Below are positions 10,174-18,304 of a stretch of DNA of 64,000 nucleotides, in pieces; position 1 is the first letter of the stretch; every line of letters starts with the position of its first letter. Origin of the DNA: Candidatus Spongiisociaceae bacterium (GTDB lineage Bacteria > Actinomycetota > Acidimicrobiia > Spongiisociales > Spongiisociaceae); the NCBI GenBank assembly GCA_965213975.1, contig OZ243930.1, positions 756,321-820,320 on the forward strand, written 5' to 3'. A model generated the notes under the pieces. It saw only the letters and a program-made list of their open reading frames with translations. It ran no database searches and had not been told where the DNA came from. A program made the translations under genes and the position numbers.

Positions 10174-10214
10174 GGAAACCCCTCAGGATAAGAGTCACAT
10201 CAAGGAGAGGGAAT

Positions 10215-10457
10215 ATGGATCGGTCGCAGGTTCAGGCCAAGATGCGGGATCTGCTTGTCGACGAGCTTGGGCTCGACGCGGACAAGATCACCGATGAGGC
10301 CACATTCGAGGAAGATCTCGAAGTGGATTCGTTGGGAGTGGTGGAGCTGTTGATGGCTCTTGAAGATGAGTTCGGCGTGCGGATACCTGACGAGGAGGCC
10401 GAGGACATCACCTCGGTAGGTCAGGCGGTCGACATGGTCATTGCCAAGCTGTCGTAG
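10215..10457 (+). CDS. acpP: Acyl carrier protein
   Basis: 80 aa. Phosphopantetheine attachment motif LEVDSLGVVELLMALEDEFG. Confidence 0.92.
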   Translation: MDRSQVQAKMRDLLVDELGLDADKITDEATFEEDLEVDSLGVVELLMALEDEFGVRIPDEEAEDITSVGQAVDMVIAKLS

Positions 10458-10481
10458 CGAGACCGGCGATCAATCCCTGAC

Positions 10482-11738
10482 ATGTTCAGCGCATCTCGGC
10501 GGGTGGTGGTTACCGGAATGGGTGCCATCACCCCCATCGGTCACGCGGTTGAAGAGACCTGGCAAGCTGCTCTAGAGGGCCGGTCCGGTATCGGTCCCAT
10601 AACCCAGTTCGACTGTTCTGGTGTGCAGACCAAATTTGCCGGTGAGGTCAAGGGCTGGGATCCGGAGTCGGTCATCCCGCGGCGCGAGGCTCGACGCCTC
10701 GACCGCTCCGCTCAGATGTTTATTGCCTCGGCCCTTCAGGCTATGAACGAAGCCGGGCTGGACTTTGTGTCCGATGATGCAGACGCTGCCCGAGCTGGGG
10801 TGATTGTCGGGTCTGGGCTGGGGGGGATGTTGTCCTTCGACAACCACATTCGGGTGATGCTCGACCGGGGAGCATCTCGCATAAGCCCTCTGGCAGTGAC
10901 CATGATCATCCCCAACGAGGCCGCCGGGGTGGCTTCGATCCGCTTCAATATGCGGGGGCCGGTCACCTGCGTCGTTACTGCCTGCGCCGCTTCGGCCAAC
11001 GCGATCGGCGACGCTACCGAGATCATCCGTCGTGGTGCCGCGGACGTGATGCTGGCCGGGGGGGCCGAGTCCACCATCTGTGAGTTTGGCATTGGCTCGT
11101 TCAACAGCAGCAAGGCACTGAGCACCCGCAATGACGATCCGGCGGGGGCCTCACGCCCGTTCGATGCCGAACGTGACGGGTTCGTGATGTCAGAAGGCGG
11201 GGTGTGCCTGGTCCTTGAGGAGCGGGAGCGGGCTCTGGCGCGGGGGGCATCGATTCACGCCGAGGTGGTGGGCTACGGCATGACCTCAGACGCCCACCAT
11301 GTCACCCTACCCCAGCCCGGCGGAGACGGGGCGGCCCGAGCGATGACCGCGGCGCTTCAATCCGCGGGTCTGCGACCCGAACAATTGGGTTACATCAACG
11401 CCCATGGGACGTCCACTAGGGCGAACGACGCCACTGAGACGCAGGCAATAAAGCTGGCATTTGGGGAGCAGGTCGCCCGTTCGATCCCGATATCGTCAAC
11501 CAAGTCGATGACCGGCCACCTGATGGGCGGTGCCGGTGCAATCGAGTCGATGTTCTGTATTCAGGCGATCAACCATGGCGTTATCCCGCCCACGATCAAC
11601 TACGCCACGCCGGATCCCGCTTGTGACCTCGACTACGTGCCTAACGAGCCGAGATCGGCCGAGGTGCAATATGCCATGACCAACTCATTCGGCTTCGGCG
11701 GGCACAACGTGGCTCTCATATTTGGCCCGGGAACCTAG
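10482..11738 (+). CDS. fabF: 3-oxoacyl-ACP synthase II
   Basis: VVVTGMGAITPIGH N-terminus. Active-site Cys (VVTACAASANAIGD). His motifs (INAHGTSTRANDATE, MTGHLMGGAG). C-terminal FGFGGHN. Confidence 0.9.
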   Translation: MFSASRRVVVTGMGAITPIGHAVEETWQAALEGRSGIGPITQFDCSGVQTKFAGEVKGWDPESVIPRREARRLDRSAQMFIASALQAMNEAGLDFVSDDADAARAGVIVGSGLGGMLSFDNHIRVMLDRGASRISPLAVTMIIPNEAAGVASIRFNMRGPVTCVVTACAASANAIGDATEIIRRGAADVMLAGGAESTICEFGIGSFNSSKALSTRNDDPAGASRPFDAERDGFVMSEGGVCLVLEERERALARGASIHAEVVGYGMTSDAHHVTLPQPGGDGAARAMTAALQSAGLRPEQLGYINAHGTSTRANDATETQAIKLAFGEQVARSIPISSTKSMTGHLMGGAGAIESMFCIQAINHGVIPPTINYATPDPACDLDYVPNEPRSAEVQYAMTNSFGFGGHNVALIFGPGT

Positions 11739-11763
11739 GGCGAGATACACCCAGCCGGGCGGT

Positions 11764-11961
11764 CTACGAACGGCGTCCGGTCAGGAGAAGGATCAGACAG
11801 CCCGCGCTGACCGAGACCGCGGTACCCAGAAGCACCATCAGCAACGGCGGAACCCTCCCGAGCCATGCCCCCAACCCCAGCGTTACGAGGGCGAGCACGA
11901 AGCTGGTGGTACCACCGAAGACTAGCCCTACCAGGGCCGCGTCTTCGCGAAGCCAGCGCAT
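11764..11961 (-). CDS. Small two-helix membrane protein. Third reading frame of a coupled or frameshifted membrane-protein locus.
   Basis: MRWLREDAALVGLVFGGTTSFVLALVTLGLGAWLGRVPPLLMVLLGTAVSVSAGCLILLLTGRRS. High GC3. The ATG lies 1 nt after the TAG of the upstream frame (TAGAATG). Confidence 0.4.
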   Translation of the reverse strand: MRWLREDAALVGLVFGGTTSFVLALVTLGLGAWLGRVPPLLMVLLGTAVSVSAGCLILLLTGRRS

Positions 11962-11962
11962 T

Positions 11963-12238
11963 CTATCTCGGCGATCGGTCATCATCCTCCGGCGATGAGG
12001 CGATACCACCAGATTCCGCTCGCCACTCCCGCAGGGAAAGATCCACCAAGACCACCACGATGCCGACACCTATTGCCGCCACTAGGGAGGTGGCGAAGGT
12101 AACGGTTACCACGGTCGGATAACCGCAGGCACCGGCTTGGCAGGATACGCGCGCCACCGTCCAGCCGATAAACCCGCCTATCAGGGCGGCTAGACCCACT
12201 GGCAGGGCGAAGGTGAGGCGCAGACGGGCTGACTTCAA
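11963..12238 (-). CDS. Small two-helix membrane protein. Second reading frame of the same locus.
   Basis: The TTG start overlaps the TGA of the upstream ORF (TTGA) and is preceded by GGGAGAC. Hydrophobic segments LTFALPVGLAALIGGFIGW and TVVTVTFATSLVAAIGVGIVVVLV. The upstream 147 aa of the track ORF are low complexity and overlap frame A. Confidence 0.4.
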   Translation of the reverse strand: MKSARLRLTFALPVGLAALIGGFIGWTVARVSCQAGACGYPTVVTVTFATSLVAAIGVGIVVVLVDLSLREWRAESGGIASSPEDDDRSPR

Positions 12239-13002
12239 TCGGTCTCCCGAAGAGGACGCCCCGAACGGTCGTAGCCAGCACTTTCCATGACCCCTGGCGG
12301 GGCGAGCTCGGGGAGCACCGTAATGGGATCTACCCGCCGGGGCCCCGGCGGTTCGGTGGCGGTTCGTGCCTCGGCGGACCAGGCCAGGTAGGTCAGCCCC
12401 ACGATGAGAGCGAGGAGGGGAGGGACCGACCAGAGGTGGTGGAGACCGGTAACCGCGGCGAGGCCGAGCGCGGGGGTCCCCAGCCGCAAGATCCAGAGAA
12501 CGCCGGGAACGGTGCGGGCATAGGCCCATCCGCCCACCAGGCCGAATCCGGCTAGGGCCCAGCCCGTAGAGGCGATACCTGAGAAACTCGACATTCCTAC
12601 CACTGTCGGAGTCCAGAGCAGTCCGAGGGCTAGTGTCGTGGCCCGGACGGGCACGCGATCCGGCCTGATCTGGCGGAACCAATCATTCTGTCCGGGCATC
12701 CAGGCCAAGGCGATGCCAGCTATCCCGGCGAGGAACGCCACCGCCCAGAGCAGATCGATGGCGGCGAGCAGGGCGATTATCAGCCACTGGAAGGCTACGG
12801 CTACCAGATTGTTGCGCACCCACTTTCCCGGCGACAGAAGCAGCGCCACCACGGTGACGGCGAGCACCACGAACGATCCGAGCGCGACGAGAGCAGAGGC
12901 ATCGGGTTCCCAAGCGGGTGGTATGCCGAACAGGGTCTGGGCGGACCAGCCCAATCCGGCCAGGAGAATCAAACCACCGCACAGCATGATCTTGGCGGGC
13001 AT
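12235..13002 (-). CDS. Polytopic integral membrane protein (about 6 TM helices) of unknown family. First reading frame of the locus.
   Basis: MPAKIMLCGGLILLAGLGW...six or more hydrophobic helices. Divergent from the Nudix gene. Start trimmed from 13569 to ATG 13002 because the upstream 190 aa are low-complexity, Pro/Arg/Gly-rich sequence. Confidence 0.55.
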   Translation of the reverse strand: MPAKIMLCGGLILLAGLGWSAQTLFGIPPAWEPDASALVALGSFVVLAVTVVALLLSPGKWVRNNLVAVAFQWLIIALLAAIDLLWAVAFLAGIAGIALAWMPGQNDWFRQIRPDRVPVRATTLALGLLWTPTVVGMSSFSGIASTGWALAGFGLVGGWAYARTVPGVLWILRLGTPALGLAAVTGLHHLWSVPPLLALIVGLTYLAWSAEARTATEPPGPRRVDPITVLPELAPPGVMESAGYDRSGRPLRETD

Positions 13003-13050
13003 CCGCCTATTGTGGCGCGTAGCGCCCAGATATTGAAGCCGGAACCACCC

Positions 13051-13593
13051 ATGAACCTGATCGATCAACCCCAAAGAGAAGAATGGCCGGACGAAGCCGC
13101 CTATTGCCCGGCATGCGGAGGCGAGCTGGATCGTAAGATGCGTTATGGCCGGATGCGGGGAGTCTGCCCAGCGTGCGGTCGCGTCGAGTTTCGCGCTCCT
13201 CAGCTGGCCGCGGCCGTCGTCGTAACCGATCCCGTAGGCCGGATTCTGTTGGTTCGGCGTGGTCCCGGGTCTACCCAGGCGGGTCGGTGGTCCATCCCGG
13301 CCGGGTACGTCGACTATGGCGAGGAGGTGCGGGCCGCCGCTGCCCGGGAGCTCTTCGAGGAGACCGGTTTGGAAGCCGAGATAGGTCCCCCCGTGTTCGT
13401 GGCTACCAACTTCCACGATCCGGCGAAGGTAAGCGTGTGCATTTGGTTCGAGGGGCGGGTTACGGGAGGGGTTGCTAGCGCCGGGTCGGACGCTTCGGAC
13501 CTCGGCTGGTTCTTCCTGGAGGATCTGCCTTCTCTGGCGTTTGACACCGATCGGGAGTTGGTTGCTCAACTACGAGCCGAGGGCTGCCCGTAA
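13051..13593 (+). CDS. Nudix hydrolase with N-terminal zinc ribbon
   Basis: CPACGGELD...CPACGR zinc ribbon. Nudix box GYVDYGEEVRAAAARELFEETGL. Confidence 0.8.
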   Translation: MNLIDQPQREEWPDEAAYCPACGGELDRKMRYGRMRGVCPACGRVEFRAPQLAAAVVVTDPVGRILLVRRGPGSTQAGRWSIPAGYVDYGEEVRAAAARELFEETGLEAEIGPPVFVATNFHDPAKVSVCIWFEGRVTGGVASAGSDASDLGWFFLEDLPSLAFDTDRELVAQLRAEGCP

Positions 13594-14202
13594 GTCCGCC
13601 GGATCGGGCGGTGGCGCTGACCGACTGACGGTTAGCCCCTGACTAGACCGATGCAGGGTTATCAGCTCGCAATGTTGCGGCTTGCGGTGGTGGAGTCCGG
13701 CCAAGTCCTGTCCGGTCACGTAGAGCAAGGCGGCCTGGATGGGATCCTGATGGGATACCACCACGATCTCTTCGCCCGGATGGCGGTTACCAAGGCGGTT
13801 GATGGCACCGGTCATCCTCCGGGCCAGCTGTCCGAGAGATTCCGAGGAAAACGGCAAATTCTGCGGGTCGTCCAAGTATTGGTGTAACTCACCCGGGAAA
13901 CTCAGGTCGAGATCCTTCCAGGGTGTCCCGGCCCAGCGGCTCAGCAACGCCCACTCCGAGACCTCCGGCAGGACGGTGGGCTCCAGTCCGTGTGGTGCAG
14001 CAATGATCCGGCCGGTCTGTCGAGCACGTTCCAGGGGCGAGCTGTATACGGTCCGAATCGGGCTGCCAGCCAGTTGTCGTGCCGCCCAAGCGGCTTGATC
14101 GCGGCCGTGCCTGCTGAGGGAGAACCCGCCAAGGTCGGCGTAAACCAAGTCGTCGGGATTGTCGACCTCGCCGTGACGGACTAGACGGGTTACGGTTTCC
14201 AT
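13570..14202 (-). CDS. Histidine phosphatase (phosphoglycerate-mutase family) protein
   Basis: METVTRLVRHGEV...SRHG (RHG catalytic motif) and SPLERARQT. Start trimmed to ATG 14202, which has a GGGGGCAA RBS. Convergently overlaps the Nudix gene 3-prime end by 24 nt. Confidence 0.75.
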   Translation of the reverse strand: METVTRLVRHGEVDNPDDLVYADLGGFSLSRHGRDQAAWAARQLAGSPIRTVYSSPLERARQTGRIIAAPHGLEPTVLPEVSEWALLSRWAGTPWKDLDLSFPGELHQYLDDPQNLPFSSESLGQLARRMTGAINRLGNRHPGEEIVVVSHQDPIQAALLYVTGQDLAGLHHRKPQHCELITLHRSSQGLTVSRSAPPPDPADLRAALGS

Positions 14203-14373
14203 TTGCCCCCATGGTATAGGCACCCGTCGGAAATGAGAGCGGTGCAGCAAAATGGGAGGGGAGGGGGGCCATCCACACCTCCAAGACCTCCTAAGAGCTG
14301 GCGACGGCGACCCATGGCAAGGGCGACCGGTAACTGAACAGCGCGGGCATGGGGTCTCGAAGATGACCCATAC

Positions 14374-14401
14374 GGCAACTGGCAACTGGCAACTGGCAAC
14401 C
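14374..14401 (+). repeat. Tandem heptanucleotide array (GGCAACT)x3 plus GGCAACC
   Basis: ggcaactggcaactggcaactggcaacc, in the divergent region between the histidine-phosphatase gene and the DUF3040 gene. Confidence 0.7.
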
Positions 14402-14498
14402 GGCTCACTGAGATGCGATGCGCCGGTTTAGGCCAGCGTCCGATTTCCGGCGCGTATACTGACGACGAGTAGCGGACACTGATTCGGAGCACGATTCG

Positions 14499-14831
14499 AT
14501 GCCCCTGAACGAGCGTGAGCAGCAGATCCTTGATGAGATCGAGCGCCAGTTCGAAGCCGAAGACCCAGAGTTCACCAAACGAACGTCTTCGTTGAACCGC
14601 ATACCACAGTGGTATGTACGCGTAGCTGTCGTGGGAGTTGTCATCGGGGCGGTCATGCTCCTGGCAACCTTCTCGTTCAACACCGTGTTGGCAGTTTTGG
14701 GGTTTGTCGTCTTAGTGCTGTCCACCGCCACGCTGATACGGATTCTGCGGCTGACGACCAAGGTTCCCGGCCAGCCATTGCGAGATTTTCTGCCGAGCGG
14801 TCGAAGTAGTCAGTGGCCTTTCGGGCGCTGA
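14499..14831 (+). CDS. DUF3040 family membrane protein
   Basis: MPLNEREQQILDEIERQFEAEDPEF followed by two hydrophobic helices. This is the typical actinobacterial DUF3040 architecture. Confidence 0.7.
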   Translation: MPLNEREQQILDEIERQFEAEDPEFTKRTSSLNRIPQWYVRVAVVGVVIGAVMLLATFSFNTVLAVLGFVVLVLSTATLIRILRLTTKVPGQPLRDFLPSGRSSQWPFGR

Positions 14832-14982
14832 CGACCCATCCGCGGTTAGGCTCTACTCATCTCGTGGCGGAGGTGTCCACCTGAAGGCAGCTGGGGTCGC
14901 AGCGTGCCTATAGACGACGCGAACGACAAGATTCAGAAATCCGGCCGTCAAACAGACTTTCCGGGGATCTAGGGGAGAAAAA

Positions 14983-15465
14983 TTGCATAGCTTCAATTCT
15001 GCCGAGGCATCAAAACTGACCGGTGCTACCCAGTCGCAACTCAGGTATTGGGACAAGCAGCGACTTGTCCAGCCGTCAATCCAGAGCACAGGGGGTCGTC
15101 CCGGCAAGCAACGAAAATATGCATTTCGTGATCTAGTAATCCTCAGAGTAATCGTTACCCTCAAAGACAACGGCATGTCACTCCAGCGAATAGGTCGAGC
15201 CTGGAAATATCTGCGCCGAAAGGGGGTTGATCCGGTCGAAGTGCGGTTGGTTACCGACGGTGCCTCAATATACGCCGACGAGGACGGACAGCTGGCAGAC
15301 CTCTTGGCGGAAGGGCAGATGGCATTCTTCGCCGAACTGGGTAAGTTGACCCGGCGGGTCGAAGAGGACAAGAGTCTCTTCGAGTTGAACCGGGAGCAGT
15401 TCCTAGGCCACCTTGACAAGAGCCGAGAATCGGTTCGGCTCGAGAGGGAAGCGGTCGGCACCTGA
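14983..15465 (+). CDS. MerR-family transcriptional regulator (HspR-like N-terminal HTH)
   Basis: N-terminal HTH FNSAEASKLTGATQSQLRYWDKQRLVQP. An AT-rich stretch with the palindrome AATTGcatagcttCAATT lies immediately upstream. Confidence 0.65.
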   Translation: MHSFNSAEASKLTGATQSQLRYWDKQRLVQPSIQSTGGRPGKQRKYAFRDLVILRVIVTLKDNGMSLQRIGRAWKYLRRKGVDPVEVRLVTDGASIYADEDGQLADLLAEGQMAFFAELGKLTRRVEEDKSLFELNREQFLGHLDKSRESVRLEREAVGT

Positions 15466-15478
15466 CCTCGCCCGCTTG

Positions 15479-15718
15479 ATGGGTGGGGTTTTTCTTCGAG
15501 TGGTGGTTCGTCACCCTCGACTCGCGTTAGAGGCCGCTCGCCTGGTTGTCGCAGTCTCGCCTCCGGGTTGGTTTAGGAAGGCACCCTTCCTTCCCCGTCC
15601 GGACCCGGAGTATCGGCGATGGCGGGTCATGACCGCCTATGGCCAGACGGACGCCGCCATGTCGGTAGAAGAGGCCAAAGAGTTTCTTGAATGGCGGAGG
15701 AGTCTGCGGCGGCGGTAG
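15479..15718 (+). CDS. Hypothetical small protein
   Basis: In-frame ORF after the MerR-family gene. No recognisable domain. Could be spurious. Confidence 0.25.
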   Translation: MGGVFLRVVVRHPRLALEAARLVVAVSPPGWFRKAPFLPRPDPEYRRWRVMTAYGQTDAAMSVEEAKEFLEWRRSLRRR

Positions 15719-15759
15719 TGGGCCGGGATCGGCAGCCTGCCCGGTGGGGCCTGTCTAAC

Positions 15760-16332
15760 TCAGTCGGGTTCGTTGCCCGGTTTCCACTTGATCGAGCACC
15801 CGAGAGACGGTTGTTGGGGGTTGGCCACGGGTCGGTCGGCGAGGACCGAATCGAGAGCCGCTCGTAGGTCGTTTCCGGTGACTGGTGTCCCGGATCCGGG
15901 ACGTGATGAATCGAACTGGCCGCGATAGGCCAGGGTCCGATCCGGGCCGAACAAGAAGAAGTCCGGGGTGCAGGCGGCGGTGTAGCTCTTGGCTACATCT
16001 TGGCTCTCGTCGAATAGAACCGGGAACCGATAGCCCCGCTGACGGGCGATTTCGCCGAGACGATCCGGTGCATCATCTGGGTACGTTTCGGCATCGTTGG
16101 CGCTGATTCCCACTATTCCCACATCGGCATCCTGATAATCCTCCGAGAAGCGGGCCAGCCCCTCCTGGATATGCACGACATAAGGGCAGTGGTTGCAAAG
16201 GAAGATCACCACCAGCGCCTTGCGATCGGCGAAGCTGCCGAGGGTTACTTGATCGCCGCTCACCGTATCGACCAAATCAAAGTGGGGAGCAGTAGTCCCT
16301 AGCGGCAACATGGATGAGCTAGCGGCAGGCAT
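15760..16332 (-). CDS. Thioredoxin-fold (redoxin/AhpC-TSA-like) thiol-disulfide oxidoreductase
   Basis: CxxC-type motif FLCNHCPYV within a thioredoxin-like fold pattern. Alternative start at MLPLGTT (16311). Confidence 0.65.
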   Translation of the reverse strand: MPAASSSMLPLGTTAPHFDLVDTVSGDQVTLGSFADRKALVVIFLCNHCPYVVHIQEGLARFSEDYQDADVGIVGISANDAETYPDDAPDRLGEIARQRGYRFPVLFDESQDVAKSYTAACTPDFFLFGPDRTLAYRGQFDSSRPGSGTPVTGNDLRAALDSVLADRPVANPQQPSLGCSIKWKPGNEPD

Positions 16333-16515
16333 TGATCAACCTCTTGGTAGTGGACCCTAGGCAGGCTACCAGGCACCTAGGCATAACGGCCTAGATACAA
16401 CGGCATGGCCGCGCTGGACCCCGCTAGCGGAGGAAGGAGCCGAAGAACACCCCTTAGCTACCGCCCACCCAGCACTGAACAGGGCGGGCGGGGGATTTCC
16501 GGGTCGATCCGAGGC

Positions 16516-16532
16516 CCCTACTGGCAACTGGC
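16516..16532 (+). repeat. Second copy of CCCTACTGGCAACTGGC
   Basis: Immediately abuts the stop of the HNH gene (minus strand), about 185 nt upstream of the thioredoxin-like gene. Confidence 0.6.
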
Positions 16533-17072
16533 TCAGGCCGACTGGGCTACCAGATAGGGTGCCCAATGGGGTTCCCGAGTCTTGCTCAAAGCCGCGTACA
16601 GCCATCCCTGATAGCTCGGTGTGGTCGGGGTCCTGGTTAGTTTGAGTCCCGCCTGGTCGGGTAACCGGCTTCCCTTCCTCATGTTGCAGCGTCGGCAGCA
16701 GGCCACCACGTTCTCCCAGGTGTGTGGTCCGCCCTGGGCTCGGGGGACAACATGGTCAAGGCTCTCGGCTGGGCCACGACAGTATTGGCAATGGTGGTTG
16801 TCTCGGGCGAATACCGCGGCCCGGGTAAGGGGAACGCGACGGTGGTAGGGGACCTTGACGTAGTTGCGCAGTCGAACCACCGAGGGGACCACGAATTGGC
16901 TATCAGCGCTTCTCCACATGTTCTCGGCCGCGGCGATTGTGTCCGCTTTGGCGCGCAACACCAACACCATGGCGCGTCGTGCACTCACGATTGACAGTGG
17001 CTCGTAGGTTGCGTTGAGAACCAAGGCTCGTTCAGGCACCAATCCCTCTCCTGCCCCCGGTAACCCTACCAA
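16533..17072 (-). CDS. HNH endonuclease (actinobacterial conserved family)
   Basis: LVLNATYEPLSIVS N-terminus. HNH motif DHVVPRAQGGPHTWENVVACCRRCNMRKG. Cys pair CQYC. Confidence 0.8.
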   Translation of the reverse strand: MVGLPGAGEGLVPERALVLNATYEPLSIVSARRAMVLVLRAKADTIAAAENMWRSADSQFVVPSVVRLRNYVKVPYHRRVPLTRAAVFARDNHHCQYCRGPAESLDHVVPRAQGGPHTWENVVACCRRCNMRKGSRLPDQAGLKLTRTPTTPSYQGWLYAALSKTREPHWAPYLVAQSA

Positions 17073-17109
17073 GGAGGTGTCTGTAAGGAACCTCTTGCGC
17101 CAGTGCTCT

Positions 17110-17532
17110 CTAGCTCATTTGGCTGCGGCAGGAGGCACACCTACCCACGATCTCAAGAAAGTGGCTTTCTGGCAAGAACCCTTCCTCGGTGGTAGCCGCT
17201 GTCACCAGTGAATTGATGACTTCCTCGGTTTGTTCGGATAACTCGATATCGTCGACATTCCCGCACGCCTGGCAGACCAAGTGATGATGATGGCCCACGA
17301 GCCATTCAGCCAGCTCGTAACGGACATCTCCGCCGGTGCCATGGTGAGGGACTGCGATACCCAATCCGGTGAAGGTGGCCAGTGATCGGTAGACCGTCGA
17401 CTGCGGCACCTTTCCGTCCATGTCATCGCAGAGCTCCCGCGCCGAGCGGGGACCGTCCGCATTGTGGAGTGCCCGAACCAGGGCGCGCCGTGCCTTGGTG
17501 TAGTTGGCTTCGGACTCGCTGAGGCGCAGCAT
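17110..17532 (-). CDS. Fur-family metalloregulator (Zur/FurB-like)
   Basis: HHHHLVCQACG and the C-terminal CASC zinc site. Winged-helix region VYRSLATF. The track ORF extends to 17589. Start is uncertain. Confidence 0.8.
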   Translation of the reverse strand: MLRLSESEANYTKARRALVRALHNADGPRSARELCDDMDGKVPQSTVYRSLATFTGLGIAVPHHGTGGDVRYELAEWLVGHHHHLVCQACGNVDDIELSEQTEEVINSLVTAATTEEGFLPESHFLEIVGRCASCRSQMS

Positions 17533-17703
17533 CACCTGTTGCTCAATCTGAGAGACAGATGTAACGCTTCGTGAGATTGTACGGGGCACTGTCGGAGACC
17601 TTACGGGAGGGTGCCGGAGGTCGGTTAGAGGACCAATCGGCTCATAATCCTACCGTGTCCGGCGTATTCCGGGCTCATTCTCGACCCTGAAGCGAGGTCT
17701 TGG

Positions 17704-17749
17704 GTGTCATTTTGTGTAGACCATGTTATAGTCAGTGTCAGAAAGTGGT
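17704..17749 (+). promoter_or_regulatory. Putative MraZ operator. Five direct GTKKN repeats spaced at 10-11 bp in the AT-rich mraZ leader.
   Basis: gGTGTCattttGTGTAgaccatGTTATagtcaGTGTCagaaaGTGGTAgagt. A TAGAGT -10-like hexamer follows. Located 50-100 nt upstream of mraZ. Confidence 0.4.
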
Positions 17750-17800
17750 AGAGTTTCGTCTCTAAGCCGGGCAGCGACAAGGACCGCAGCGAGCATATCA

Positions 17801-18253
17801 ATGGCAGACCGGGTTCAGGAGTTTCTCGGCGAACTACCAAGGAAGGTAGATCGCAAGGGTCGGGTGGTGTTGCCTGCAGAGTACCGGGAGCAACTGGAAG
17901 GCGACTTCTATGTGACCCGGGGCCGGGACAGGTGCCTGTACGTGTTTCCGAGGGAAGAATGGAACAAGCGCAAAATAGCCTTGGGCGAGATAGACGAATC
18001 GAATCCAGCGGGGCGTGCGGTCGTGCGAACCTTCTTTTCCGGAGCCACCCGTCCGGAGTTGGATTCTGCCGGGCGCATCCCACTCTCGGCACCGTTGCGG
18101 GAGTACGCCCGCCTCAACGCGGACGTGGTGTTCGTCGGTGCCGGACAGTACGCCGAGATCTGGGCGGCGGAGGCTTGGGCTCAATACCAGCCTCGGGCCA
18201 TGGCCGCCTACTCAGGAATAGAGGAAGGGGAACAGAGTAAGCCGATCAATTGA
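17801..18253 (+). CDS. mraZ: Division/cell-wall cluster transcriptional regulator MraZ
   Basis: MADRVQEFLGELPRKVDRKGRVVLPAEYR...second DSAGRIPLSAPLREYA repeat (tandem MraZ/SpoVT-AbrB domains). First gene of the dcw cluster. The track ORF begins at 17735. Confidence 0.9.
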   Translation: MADRVQEFLGELPRKVDRKGRVVLPAEYREQLEGDFYVTRGRDRCLYVFPREEWNKRKIALGEIDESNPAGRAVVRTFFSGATRPELDSAGRIPLSAPLREYARLNADVVFVGAGQYAEIWAAEAWAQYQPRAMAAYSGIEEGEQSKPIN

Positions 18254-18304
18254 CGGCAATATTGCAGGCAGAAGCCTGCCCATTGCCAGCCCTCCGAACT
18301 CCCG

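Noticed and set aside
14374-14401. Possibility that the GGCAACT tandem array is a CRISPR array or a sigma-54 promoter
   Set aside because: The units are 7 nt with no spacers, so this is not a CRISPR array. The sequence does not fit the TGGCAC-N5-TTGCW spacing of the -24/-12 elements on either strand.
14853-15461. 202-aa minus-strand ORF antisense to the MerR-family gene
   Set aside because: Ser/Arg-rich low-complexity sequence. The sense-strand gene has a clear HTH domain.
16366-16605. 79-aa minus-strand ORF in the HNH/thioredoxin intergenic region
   Set aside because: Overlaps the 3-prime end of the HNH gene in another frame. Low-complexity Ser/Gly/Pro composition. Contains the repeat motif, so it is more likely non-coding.
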